Made by a program: the position numbers and the translations under genes. From Hemiscyllium ocellatum (Eukaryota), in contig NC_083408.1 of assembly GCF_020745735.1 (NCBI RefSeq), positions 64,138,484-64,202,483 of the forward strand: DNA of 64,000 bases. The letters run 5' to 3'. Below, piece by piece: positions 49,061 through 61,705 of this stretch (positions are counted from its first letter, which is position 1; each line of letters begins with the position of its first letter). The notes beneath the pieces are model-generated. The model saw only the letters and a list, made by a program, of their open reading frames with translations. It ran no database searches and had not been told where the DNA came from.

Positions 49061-49353
49061 TCAGGGCCTGGGACAGAGGGTTACATCAGGTCCCAGTTGC
49101 CAGAGCTTGGGGCTGTGGAGGTGGACAGTGTTTGGTTCAGGGTCTATGGTCCCAGCCAGAAGCAGTATTAATTTTCAGGTCTCTGCCCCTACTCCTGCTT
49201 GATGACACATTCAATCAAAAGCAAAGGTTAAGGTTGTAAAGACAATTTTCATTTTGTTTAAACTGAGAGAGAAGATATTGCTTTAAACTGTGTAAGGTGT
49301 TTGCAGTTTTAAAAGCAAATTACTGGCAAATGCCTGGAATGTAATTATATCTA

Positions 49354-49617
49354 CAGGTCAGTAGATACAGTAGATCTACAGCAACTCAAACTGCCAACAT
49401 AAAGATTCTTTATGTGTTTCAATTTACTCTGCAATGGTTATGCTATAATGCAACAGTTGATTTCCACTGCAACCTCACTCTATAGAAAACCATGCCGTGG
49501 AAAACTATTAGACCCATTCAGCAGAAAGTTCATGTTATCCAAACAGCGCCCACAATTCATCAATCGCGTTATAGCCAATTCGCGTTGACGAAACACACAT
49601 TATGCCAGAACGACCTG
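49354..49617. mobile_element. Tigger-like MITE with an interrupted left TIR
   Basis: TA-CAGGTC[...]TGCTATAATGC at the left and CATTATGCCAGAACGACCTG-TA at the right. A related element lies at ~51225-51415. Confidence 0.5.
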
Positions 49618-50674
49618 TACAATGTACAAGGCTTGCTTTGAATTATATATTCAAAAAGTTAACCACGTGAGAATTGTAGACTATTACCTCTTTATTGCTT
49701 AGGAGATTTCTCCTATAGATTTACAGAAATATTAGCCTACAGCCTTTTATTAGATAATTAATTTAAGACTTTAGGATGACAATACCCAAGTTTTTTGTTT
49801 TAAGTGACAGGAAAGAGAAAGACAACAATGTTGTGTCCACAGCACTAATCCCCTTCACATCAAAGATGCAAAAAGTAACTCAAACTGCCAAATAAAGAAT
49901 CTTTATGTGTTTCGATTTACTCTGCAATGGTTACTTACATTGAAGGGTCGTTTTCTGTAAGGTTAAGTGTCAAGGCCATATAGTCAAAACAATAGTGTCA
50001 GAATATAAATTAAAGAAATCAAAGATATTATGCATTTAATGGATTATAGTAGCTACCGTAACTTATCAATAATCAACCTTGTAGATATTTTGTATTGTGG
50101 TAATTCCTTTTGTTTTGTTCATGTTTAATTATTACCATACAAGCATGTTGGACTTGCAAAAGAAAACCTAAACAACAAGATCCAGGTTTTGTAGATCGAG
50201 AATAGTCATCAAACTAATATGAGTCCCCAGAACTATGATTTACATAGGCCAAATCCTTTTTGTCTGCATGTGGGTAGTTAAATGCAGAAAGCTGGAAGTT
50301 CTAAACTGCTGCTCCTCCACAGACTGATCTACAACAGTATCTCACTAATAGGCTTAGCATTTACATTTAAGGACATGAAGGTGCAATACTTAAACACAAA
50401 ACATGGCAGACCTGGTGCATACAGGTCCAGATGAAATTTTAAGGGTGCGCTACATTATAATTACTGCCAAAATAACCCCTCCAGTCCAAAAAAAACTGAC
50501 ATTACAATTATGAGATTTTACAGTATTCTGTCAGAATAATGAGTATTGGAATTTTAAGAAAATTCGCCTTTTTTCTTTCTGTGTCGTATCCCTTTAAAAG
50601 TCCATCTTTCATTGCAATCTTTAGGTTCATCTATTGGATTTGATTCTCATTTCTACTTTCTGATTTTAATGTCA

Positions 50675-51090
50675 ACCATGGTTCAGTTGGTAGCACTTTT
50701 GCATTGGAATCACAAGGTTCCAAGTTCAATCCCACGTCAGGACATGAGTGCAAAATTCAAAGCTTACCCTCCAGTGGAATGCTGTGAAGTCACAGGATGG
50801 TTTTTCTGATGAGACATTTATCAGAAGTCTTTTCTGTCTACTCAGATGGGTGTAAAAGTTGGTGGAGGACAGTGAAGTTATCACTTTATCCTGATCGACA
50901 TATTTATTTCTCAATCCACATAAAAATAAATTATCTAGTCTTTATCACACTGCTGTTTGTGGCAACTTGCTGTTTGAATTTTGGCTGCCATGTTTCTTAC
51001 AATGACTAAGCCTCTAAAGTACTTCATGTAAAGCAATTTGAGACATCCAGTGGTTATAAAAAACACTACATTAACGCAAGTTTTTCTTTT
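50675..51090 (+). mobile_element. Deu-domain SINE (SacSINE1-like)
   Basis: tRNA-like head GGTTCAGTTGGTAGCAC...GTTCAATCCC, Deu-like core GCTGTTTGTGGCAACTTGCTG...TTGGCTGCCATGTTTC, tail ACGCAAGTTTTTCTTT. Confidence 0.6.
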
Positions 51091-52199
51091 TTATACTGCA
51101 CAACTCTGGGGACTTTTCAATTTGGTTGATTGAAGAGCCCACTTTTTTTTTGCAACAAATGTTCAACCATGCCACACATCTGCAAAGGGTTTCATGCTGG
51201 ATCAGACATCTATACATTTCGTACTGCTAGAATGTGTGTTTCATTAACGCGATTGATGAATTGGAGACACTGCATCTAAAGCACAAACTTTTAAAACTTG
51301 TGTTGGCTGTAATACAATTACATCACCAACAGTAAGCACTGTTTCTAAAGCACAATTTTTCTATAACACGGGTGCACAAGAACACAACCATCGCATTATA
51401 GAAGAACTACCTGTATCAGCAAATTTCCACTCAAAAGTCTGCAAAATACTGTATGGGCTGCTGTCAGTGCAGTGGACAGTGGGCATAGTTCCTTCACCCC
51501 AGACTACAAATCTATGTAACTATATGGAATCAGTGGAGTAAGCAAGCTAGAAACTGCTTCATTTCAGACAATACAACCAATGTAGGACTGGTACAATATA
51601 TGCACATGTACAAATGAGGAGACCATTCAAACCCTCAAGCTAACTCCATTATTTAGTAAGATCATAGCTGATTAGATTGTAACCTTCAGTCCACCACATT
51701 CCTGCCAACCCTGATAAACTTTCACCTGTTATTTGCCAAGAATCTACACTACTTTGAAGATACCCAAAGTCTTTGCTTCCAGTACCTTTTTAAGAAGAGG
51801 TTTCCAAATGCTCGTGACACTCTGAAGTGAACAAAACCTTGCCCTAATATTTTTTAAATCACATTTAATGGGAGGAACATTTTCTGATATTCCAACCCCA
51901 CAACTCCGTGAGTCTTGCCAAAAATATAAATCAATTTTTAATTGCCAAAATTGTCACCTCATTTCTCCGCTGTGCCATTATGTAGAATTGAAGAAACATT
52001 CACCAGACTTCAATAAATAACAAAAATTGCTAATTCTCCAACCGAATTTCCATTCATTTCAATTGGAAAGCTAATCAGCTAAGAGAAATCTCTGGTCCAT
52101 AAAAGTATATCATTTATTGTGATCATCAAAAGAATTACATACAATTAACAGCATAGAACATGCTGCTTGGCCAAGCAGTGTACAATAATATTTAGTGTC

Positions 52200-53568
52200 A
52201 TTAATTTATGGGATGTGGGTATTGCTGCTGGCCAGCATTTATTGCCCATCCCTAATCGCCCCTGCAAAAGTGGTGATGAGTTGTCTTTTTGAACAGCTGC
52301 AGTCCACCCACTATGGATTGACCCAAAATACCATTAGGGAGGGAATTCCAGGATTTTGACCCAGCAACAGTGAAAGAGCGATGATATATTTCCAAAACAG
52401 GGCGGTGAGTGGCTTGGAGGGAAACTTTCAGGTGGTGGTGGTTGTGTGTTTGGAAGATGCTGTCTGAGGATCAATGGTGAACTTCTGCTGTGCATCTTGT
52501 AGATAGTACGCACTGCTGCTCCTGAGGGAGATGATGGAGTGGATGCTTGTGGATGTAGTGCCAATCAAGCAGGCTGCACCCATTCAGACATGTCACACTC
52601 CTGACTTGTGCCTTTAGATGATGCACAGGCATTTGGGAGTCAGGTGGTGAGTTACTCACCACAGCATTCATAACCTCAAACTTGCTTATATAGCCACTGT
52701 GTTTATATGGCGAGTCCAGTTGAGTTTCTGGTCAATAGAAACTTCCATAATGTTGATAGTAGGGGATTCAGTGATGGTAACACCATTTAATATCAAGGGA
52801 CAATGATTAGATTTTCTGTTATTAGTGATAATCATAGCCTGGCATTGTGTGGCACAAACATTACTTGCCACTTCTCAGCCCAAGTCTAGATATTGTCCAG
52901 AATCTATTGCATTTGAACATTGTTTGCTTCAGTGACTGAGAGTTATAAATGGTGCAATCATCGGAGAACATCCCCACTTCTGACATTACAATGGAGGGAA
53001 GGTCATTAATGGAGCAGCGGAAAAAGGCTCATCCTGAGCAACTCCAACAGAGATGTCCTGAAGCTGAAATGAATAATCTTCAACAACCACAACCATCTAC
53101 CTATGTGACAGGTATGACTCCAACCAGCAGAGAGTTTGCCCCTTGATATCCATTGATTCCAGTTTTGCCAGGGCTCCTTGAAGCCACACTCGGTCAAATG
53201 AAGCCTTGATATCAATGGCCGTCACTCTCACCTCACCTCTGGAATTCAGCTCTTTTGTCCATGTTTGAACCAAGACAGGAATGAGGTCAGGAGCTGAGTT
53301 GCCCTGAGGGTCACAGAGCAGGTGCTGCCTGATAGCACTGTTGATGATGCCTATCACATTACTGATGATCAAGAGTAGTCTGATGGGGTGGTAATTGGCC
53401 GGATTGGATTTGTCCTGCTTTGTGTACAGGACATAAATGGGGCAATTTTCCACAATGTCAGGTAGGTGCCAGTGTTGTATCTGTACTGGAAGAGCTTGGT
53501 CAGAGGAGTGGCAAGTTCTGGAGCATATGTCTTTAGTACCATTGCCAGAACGTTGTCAGGGCCCACAG
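52200..53568 (-). mobile_element. CR1-clade LINE fragment (second lineage)
   Basis: Peptides GPDNV...APELATPL, PANYHPIRLL and DIKASFDRVW; 3' end GGGCAATAAATGCTGGCC. Confidence 0.8.
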
Positions 53569-53769
53569 CTTTACCACATCAGCTTCTTTCCCTTATATTT
53601 ATTTTTATCTCACCCTAATCACCTACCTCTCTAATCTAATTTCTATCTTAATTTTTCTCTTGAAGGGAATGAAGTGGCAAATAGCATTTTAGAGAGTGAG
53701 GACCATATTTTCACTGTTTAGCAATACCACTGGTACCTGCCACTTCACCGAGGTGAAGTGTGGAGAGAA

Positions 53770-56240
53770 CAAAAAAACAGTACAGCATGGTAACAGACCC
53801 TTCAGCCCACCAAGACTGTGGTGAGACATGATGCCTTTCCAAATGAAAAACTTTGTGTCTCTTCGCAGTCCGTATCCCTTTATTCCCTGTCTGTTCAAGT
53901 ATCTGTCAAGATTGCCTCTCAAACATCGCTATTGTATCCACATTTTCTAGCAGCACATTCCAAGTACTTATCATCTTCTGTGTAAACAAACTTGCTTCTC
54001 ACATGTTTAAAATCATCCGCTTTCATCCTAAACCTATGATCCATCATTGTTGCCATTTTTAACCTGGGAAAAGGACTCCAACTATCCATTCTATCCACAT
54101 CTCTCATAATTTTGTCTCGTCCCTTTTCCTTCAACATGAAAGGAAAAACAAACAGAGTTTGTCCAATCTCTCCTCATAGCTAATCCCTCCAAACGTGGCA
54201 ACATTCTGGTAAACCCCATTTCTATAGCCTCTCCAACGCCTCCACATCCTTCTGGTAGTTGTACACAATATTCCAAATGTGGCCTAATGAAAGATCGATA
54301 CAGCAATAACGTGACTTGCCAATTTTTATACTGTGCGCGCCAACTGATGAAGGCAAGGTTACCATATATCTTCTTGGCCTTTCTATCTACTTGTTGCCAC
54401 TTTCAGGGAGCTGTGGACCTGTACACTGAGATTTATCTGTATGTTAATGCTACTAAGGGTTCTTCCATTTACTGTTTACTTCCTTCCTGCATTAGATCTT
54501 CCAAAATGTATGATCTCGCAACACAACCTCCCTGCTTTTAAACTCAGTCCTTTCAGCAATGAAGGACAAAATTCCATTTGCCTTCCTAATTATCTGTTGC
54601 ACCTACAGATCAGCCTTCTGTGATTCATGCAGAAGGACACCCAGGTCCCTCTGCACATCAGCATGCTGCAACTCTTTACCATTCAAGTAATAGTCCTTTT
54701 TACTAATACTCCTTTTTACTAATAAATACTTTGCATTTATTAATATTGTATTCCATCTGCCAGACTTTGCCCACTCACTTAAAGTATCTATGTTCCTCTG
54801 CAACGTTTCACAGTCTGCTGTACACACTTTGCTCTACCACTTATCTTAGTCATGGTGTGGAGGTGCCGGTGTTGAACTGGGGTGGGCAAAGTCAAAAATC
54901 ACACAACACCAACTTATAGTTCAACAGTTTATTTGTAAGTACAAGCTCTCAGAGTGCTACTCCTTCATCAGGTAGCTACCTGATGTGTGATTTTTAAACT
55001 CACCTTAGTGTCATCCGCAATCTTTGACACACCACACATGGTCCGCAACTGCAAATCATCTATGTAAATTGTGAATAATTGCAGTCCCAACACTGATCCA
55101 CGAGGCACACTACTAGTCATTGATTGCCCACCAGAATAACACTTATTTACCCCCACTCTGTGCTTCCTGTAGGTTAACCAATCCTCTATCCATGCTAATA
55201 TGCTACCTGTGAAGACCTTTATCTTATGCAGCAGCCTTTTCCAAGTGCAAGTCAATCCTATCCCTAAGGTTCTTCGCCAGTAATGTCCCAACCACTGCTG
55301 TAAGGCTCACCGGCCTGTAATTTCCCACCCTGTTGCCCTTCTTAAACAAAGGAACAACATTGGTTACTCTCCAGTCCTCTGGGACCTCTCCTGTGACTGA
55401 AGAGGATATAAAGATTTAAACAAAGCCTGAGCAATTTCCTCACCTGCTTCCCTCAGCATTCTGGGATGGATCCCATCAGGTCCTGGGGACTGGTCTATCT
55501 TAGTGCTTTTCAAACACCCAACATTTTAAAAACATATCGGCATGCCCAAGAAGATCAACCTAGCCCGCCCGAGACTCACCATACACCATGGCCTTCTCCT
55601 TTGTGAATACAAATGCAAAGTATACTTCCTCCATCTCAAGGCATAAATTCCCTCCTTTGTCCTCGAGTTGATCTACCCTTTCCCTAGCTGCCCTCTTGTT
55701 CCTTATGACAGTATGTATAAACTCCTTGAGATTTTCCTTAATCCTATACCAAAGACATCTTATGACTCCTTTGAATTCTTCTAATTCCTTTTGAGTTCTT
55801 TCCTGCTATCTTTGTATTCTTCAAGATCCCTGTCTGTTTTCAGTTTCCTAAACCCTACATATGCTTCCTTCTATTTGTCTAAAATTGCGATCTGATTTGT
55901 CATGCAAGGTTCCTGAATTTGGCCATCCTTATCCTTCACCTTTACAGGAATATGCAGGTCCTGAAGTCTGATCAACTGGCCTTTAAAGGATTCTTACATT
56001 CCAGATATGTGGATTAACCTTCAAATTGCCACCCCCAATCTACATAGCCTTCCCCGAGTTTAGTACTTTCATCTGAGAATTACTCATCCTTGTCCATAAC
56101 TAACTTAAAACTTACAGAATTATGCTCACTGTTCTTGAAATGCTCCCCCACCAAAACTGAGATCACCTGGCCAGGTTCATTCCACAATACCAGGTCCAGT
56201 GTGACTCCTTCCCTTGTTGGACTATTTACATATTGTTTCA
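53770..56240 (-). mobile_element. Composite of decayed CR1 fragments with a short Penelope-type terminal insertion (~54850-55000)
   Basis: Peptides RPHLEYCVQ, RDLGVLLH, ADDTKV and LDLVL...EPGQV...SEHN. Confidence 0.8.
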
Positions 56241-57784
56241 AAACCATGCTAGATGCACCAAACAAACTCTTGTACAGGTCCCACATGCCCCAGAAAACAT
56301 CCCAATGATGCACATTCCTCCTATACCAACACGGGAAATTAAATTGGGAAGCACAAAATTCTTTTCCACAGTCTGATGAAATTGTGAGGACAACCAAGAG
56401 GATTCTGTTGGCGATGTGCAATATTTTCTGGTGCATTTTGCTCTCTGCCTCTCCCAAACAATAGGAAATGATGGCAACTTTCCTTCCTTTTTTGTATGAA
56501 CACAAATCAAATATTTTCCCTCACATTTCTGTTCCAGTTTGCATTTTCACATTATCATACTGCATTCAGCCACTGGAAGTTTCCCATCTCACCCTAGGTA
56601 TTAAATTTCAAAAGACAGAAAAGAAATCACAAACTCATAATTTTTCCTGTTGGTCCTAACATGTCTGCTCAATTAGACCTCCCAACATGCTCTGCATTAG
56701 ATTCAGAATCTCCCAATAATTCATAGTCAACTTATACATTGAATCCTGATATTCTGGGCTGAACAATGCAAGTCCTGATCTCTAAGTCAAATGCACTAAG
56801 AGCCCACATTTACAAAGGACCATGATATGATTTCACAAAATAATCAGACCATAACTTAGAGGCAGCTCCTTTTCCTAATCTTCTCCATTCCCTCCAAACT
56901 TTAATCGAGAATAATTGCATATTCTTTCAATCCTGTAGTAATCTGCCTATATGCAAATCTTGCCTCAGCTACCTTCTCTCGCACACACCCACTGCAATCT
57001 TTTACCTCAGTACAAATCTCTGCCCCAGCTCTAGGTATGGATAGTTTGTCTTATCAAAACACACAGCTATTTTAATTCTATTTAATTTGACCAAAAAAGT
57101 CAAGATTTACCACAAAAAGAGATGACCGTATAATTTTAAGAAATGTATTCACAGGTCCTTAAAGACAAAAATGAATCCAGAAAGCACAAGAGGGGAATAA
57201 TTTCATTCAATTTGAAAAATGTTCATCTTCATCCATGGATGAATTCCCTCCCTAATGGCATTGTGGGTCAACTCACAGCAGGTAGACTGAAGCAGTTCAA
57301 TAAAGCAACTCACCCCCAGTTTCTCAAGGGGAACTAGGGCCAGGCAATAAATGCTGGTCAGCCAGTGACTCCCACATACTAGAAAAATGAATATAAAAAA
57401 AAGGCTCATGTTCTGGGGGTAAGTATTTAGAGCAAACAGTGTGCGTCAGAACCAAGAGGTGGAGGGGGGTGGCGTCCATGAGGGCAGGGAGCTGCTGATG
57501 ACCAGGGTAAGGGTGTGGGGAAGGTGAGGGAGTATTATAGAGATCAGTAGGGGGCAGCTGGAAGAGATTGCTAGGATGGGGTCTGCAAATAAACTGCAAC
57601 TTGAGTGTGTTTGTACTTAAAAGAAATGCTAGAAAAGTATACAACTAGCTGAACTAAAAGCAGAAAATGCTTCAGAAACACAGCAGCATCTGTGGATAGA
57701 GAAAAAGTTAACACTGAACTCAAATATCTCCCTTCTTCAGAATCCCAGAATGTAACTCACTAAACCTGGCAGATTCTAAGTAAA

Positions 57785-57952
57785 AAAACAATGACTGCAG
57801 ATGCTGGAAACCAGATTCTGGATCAGTGGTGCTGGAAGATCACAGCAGTTCAGGCAGCATCCAATGAGCAGCGAAATCGACGTTTTGGGCAAAAGCCCTT
57901 CAGGAAGAAAGGCAGCTGGAAGCGTGGAGAGATAAGCTAGAGGAGGGTGGGG
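57785..57952 (-). mobile_element. Penelope-like terminal fragment with a degraded hammerhead core
   Basis: Homologous to 16712-16850; the core is mutated (CTGAAGGG instead of CTGATGAAGGG, AAAAC instead of GAAAC). Confidence 0.6.
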
Positions 57953-58369
57953 CAGATTCTATTACCATTTAACCATTGGTTCTCTCAACCACTGTCAAAG
58001 CCCAGCCTTCTACCATTATGGCAAAATCTAACACACAAAGATGTCTGTGCATCTAATAATTGCTGTTTCATCTCTTCACATTGTTAATCAGATAAAACTC
58101 TCTGCAGTTCAGCTAGCACTGAATACTTTGGTGAGAGTTTGATATTAGATGTCACATTTTTAAACGGTTTAATGCTTCCCTGGAAAATGATACACCCACT
58201 AGAAAGGGTTGAAATTACTCCCAGTGTGTTTCTGACAGTTTCAGTTAAAGCTTAATTTAAATAAAACAAATCAGTTAATTGGCAGGAAGGAATACTAGGG
58301 TTAAAAGTGTATTCATGCTTCCTTCTACAGGATTTTCACCAGAAAGGAAACAGCCTGATTTGGTCATCT

Positions 58370-59455
58370 TTGAGGCTGCTAAATAACAGCCCATGGTGTT
58401 TGGGGCAAGGTACTGGCCTGGAAGGAGGACTGGCTGACCGGCAGAAGGCAGAGAGTGGGAATAAAGAGGTATTTTTCAGGATGACAATTACTGACTTGTG
58501 GTATTCCACAGGGGTCAGTGTTGGGACCACAGCTATTCACATTATATATTAGCAATCTGGACAAGGGAAGTGTTGATAGGTTTGCAGTTAACACAAAGTA
58601 GGTGGATGGACAGATAGTGTTGAGAACGTGGGGTGTCTGCAGAAGGACTTGGACAGACTAGGAGAGTGAGCAAAAAAGCGGCAGATCAAAATACAATGTG
58701 GGAAAGTGTGAGGTTATCTACTTTGGTAGAAAGAATAGTGGCATTAAGTATTTTCTAAACTGGGAAAGGATTCAGAAATCTGAAGCACAAAGGGACTTAG
58801 TAGTCTTAGTTTAGAGTTCTCTTAAGGTTTACAAGAAACTTCTGGTGGCAGTTAGAAAGGCAAATGCAGTGTTGGCATCCATTTCAACAGGGCTAGAATA
58901 CAAGATTAGAGATATACTTCTGTGGCTGAATAAGGTTCTGGTCAGACCATGTTTTAAATATTGAGAGCAGTTTTGTGCCCTGTATCTAAGGAAGCTGACC
59001 TTGGAGGGGATCCAGAGGATGTTTACAACAATGACCCCAGGGATGAAGGGCTTGTCATATGAGGAGCAGTTTAAAAACTCTCAGTGTATACTCGGTGGTG
59101 TTTAGAAGGATGAATACGGAGAGGTCTGGATAGATTGCACGTGGAGAAGATGTTTCCACAGGTCAGAGAGACTCGGAGAAGCCTCAGAGAGAAGGGACAA
59201 ACCTTTAGAATGGAGATGAGGAGAAATTTCTTCACCCAAGGTGTGGGGAATCTGTGGAACACATTTCTGCAGAAGGGTGTGGAGACAAAATCATTGAGTG
59301 TATTTAAGACAGAGTTAGATAGGTTCTTGATTAGTAAGGAGATAAAGGGTTATAGGTGGAAGACAGGACTCTGGGTTGAAAAACTTATCAGCTATGTTTG
59401 AATGGTGGAGCAGGCTTGATGGGCTGAATGTCCTAATTCTGCTATCTTATGGTCT
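58370..59455 (+). mobile_element. Decayed CR1 LINE 3' fragment
   Basis: PQGSVLGP-encoding segment, RRNFFTQ.V..LWN and FKTELDRFL peptides, tail CTTATGGTCT. Confidence 0.85.
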
Positions 59456-59942
59456 GCCATCTCCATTAATCTTTTCAAAGAAAGCATTTATATCCAAGAC
59501 TTTCCTGTAAATAAAAAATGACCATTCCATTACTCCATCAAAAGAATTCAATGGGATTGCTTACATTCAGGCTCAACAAATTCAGTTGATCCAGAAAGTT
59601 CCCCTATTCTGTGTATTTCCTTCAAAACCCATCTCCAAGGTCACTATTTGCATGTTTTCCTTCTCCCGGCATAATCCACCCTCATTGGTGCAGAGTACTC
59701 AAAATCATTTTGCCTGCGTTTCCTGTAACGTGCAATTTGCTGCCTTCTCCACATCCTGTCACACAGCAGTAATGTCTCCTAGACAGGTTATCTAGCAATT
59801 ATGAGCCAATACAAATAACAACTCAGATTCTGTGTGGGGAGAGAAAACAAATTCTATGATTCTGTGAATTATCCTCACTCTGCAATGTGTGGTCTGATAT
59901 TGTTCATATATCTCCTTTATTGAATGGTTTGTTTTATAATAT

Positions 59943-61705
59943 TAGAGTCATAGAGATGTACAGCATGGAAACAGACCCTTCAGTCCAAACCATCCATGCC
60001 AACCAGATATTCCAACCCAATCTAGTCCCACCTGCCAACACCCGGCCAATATCCCTCCAAACCCTTCCTATTCATATACCTATCCAAATGCCTCTTAAAT
60101 GTTGCAATTGTACCAGCCTCCACCACATCCTCTGGCAGCTCATTCCATACACTTACAACCCTCTGCATGAAAAAGTTGCCCCTGAGGTCTCTTTTATATC
60201 TTTCCTCTCTCACCCTAAACCTGCGCCCTCTAATTCTGGACTCCCCGACCCCAGGAAAAGACTTTGTCTATTTATCCTATCCATGCCCCTCATAACTTTG
60301 TAAACCTCTGTAAAGTCACCCTTCAGCCTCCGACGCTCCAGGGAAAACAGCCCCAGCCTGTTCAGCCTCTCCCTGTAGCTCAGATCCTCCAACTCTGGCG
60401 ACATCCTTGTAAATCTTTTCTGGACCCTTTCAAGTTTCACAACATCTTTCCGATAGGAATGAGACCAGAATTGCACGCAATATTCCAACAGTGGCCTAAC
60501 CAATGTCCTGTACAGCCACAACATGACCTCCCAACTCCTGTACACAATACTCTGACCAATAAAGGAAAGCATACCAAACACCTTCTTCACTATCCTATCT
60601 ACCTGCAACTCCACTTTCAAGGAGCTATGAACCTGCACTTCAAGGTCTCTTTGTTCAGCAACACTCCCCAAAACCTTACCATTAAATGTATAAGTTATGG
60701 TAAGATTTGCTTTCCCAAAATGTAGCACCTCGCATTTATCTAAATTAAATTCCATCTGTCACTTCTCAGCCCATTGGCCCATCTGGTCCAGATCCTGTTG
60801 TAATCTGAGGTAACTTTCTTCAGTATCCACTACACCTCCAATTTTGATGTCATCTGCAAACTTACTAACTGTACCTCTTATGCTTCATCCAAATCATTTT
60901 TAATGTAAATGACAAAAAGTAAAGGGCCCAGCACCGGTCCTTGTGGCAGTCCACTGGTCACAGGCCCCCAGTCTGAAAAACAACCCTCCACCACTACCCA
61001 CTGTCTTCTACCTTTGAGCCAGTTCTGTATCCAAATGATTAGTTCTCCTTGTATCCCATGAGATCTAACCTTGCTAATCAGTCTCCCATGGGGAACCTTG
61101 TTGAATGCCTTACTGAAGTCCATATAGATTACATCTACTGCTCTGCCCTCATCAATCTTCTTAGTTACTTCTTCAAAAAACTCAATCAAGTTTGTGAGAC
61201 ATGATTTCCCACTCACAAAGCCATGTTGATTATCCCAAATCAGTCCTTGCCTATCCAAATACATGTACATCCTGTCCCTCAGGATTCCCTCCAACAAATT
61301 GCCCACCACCAAGGTCAGGGTCGCCGGACTATAGTTCCCTGGCTTGTCTTTACCGCCCTTCTTAGACAGTGGCACCACGTTTGCCAACCTCCAGTCTTCC
61401 GGCACCTCACCTGTGACCGTCAATGATACAAATATCTCAGCAAGAGGCCCAGCAATCACTTCTCTAGCTTCCTACAGAGTTCTCAGGTACACCTGATCAG
61501 GTCCTGGGGATTTATCCACCTTTAACCATTTCAGGACATCCAGCACTTACTCCTCTGTAATCTGGACATTTTGCAAGATATCACCATCTATTTCCCTACA
61601 GTCTATATCTTCCATATCCTTTTCCACAATAAATACTGATGCAAAATATTCACTTAGTATCTCCCCTATTTTCTGAGGCTCCACAGAAAGGCCGCCTTGC
61701 TGATC
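59943..61705 (-). mobile_element. CR1 LINE 3' half (RT domain and 3' UTR)
   Basis: ORFs 60878-61459, 60210-60755 and 60022-60213 encode successive CR1 ORF2 segments ([33 protein letters not shown]). Confidence 0.93.
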
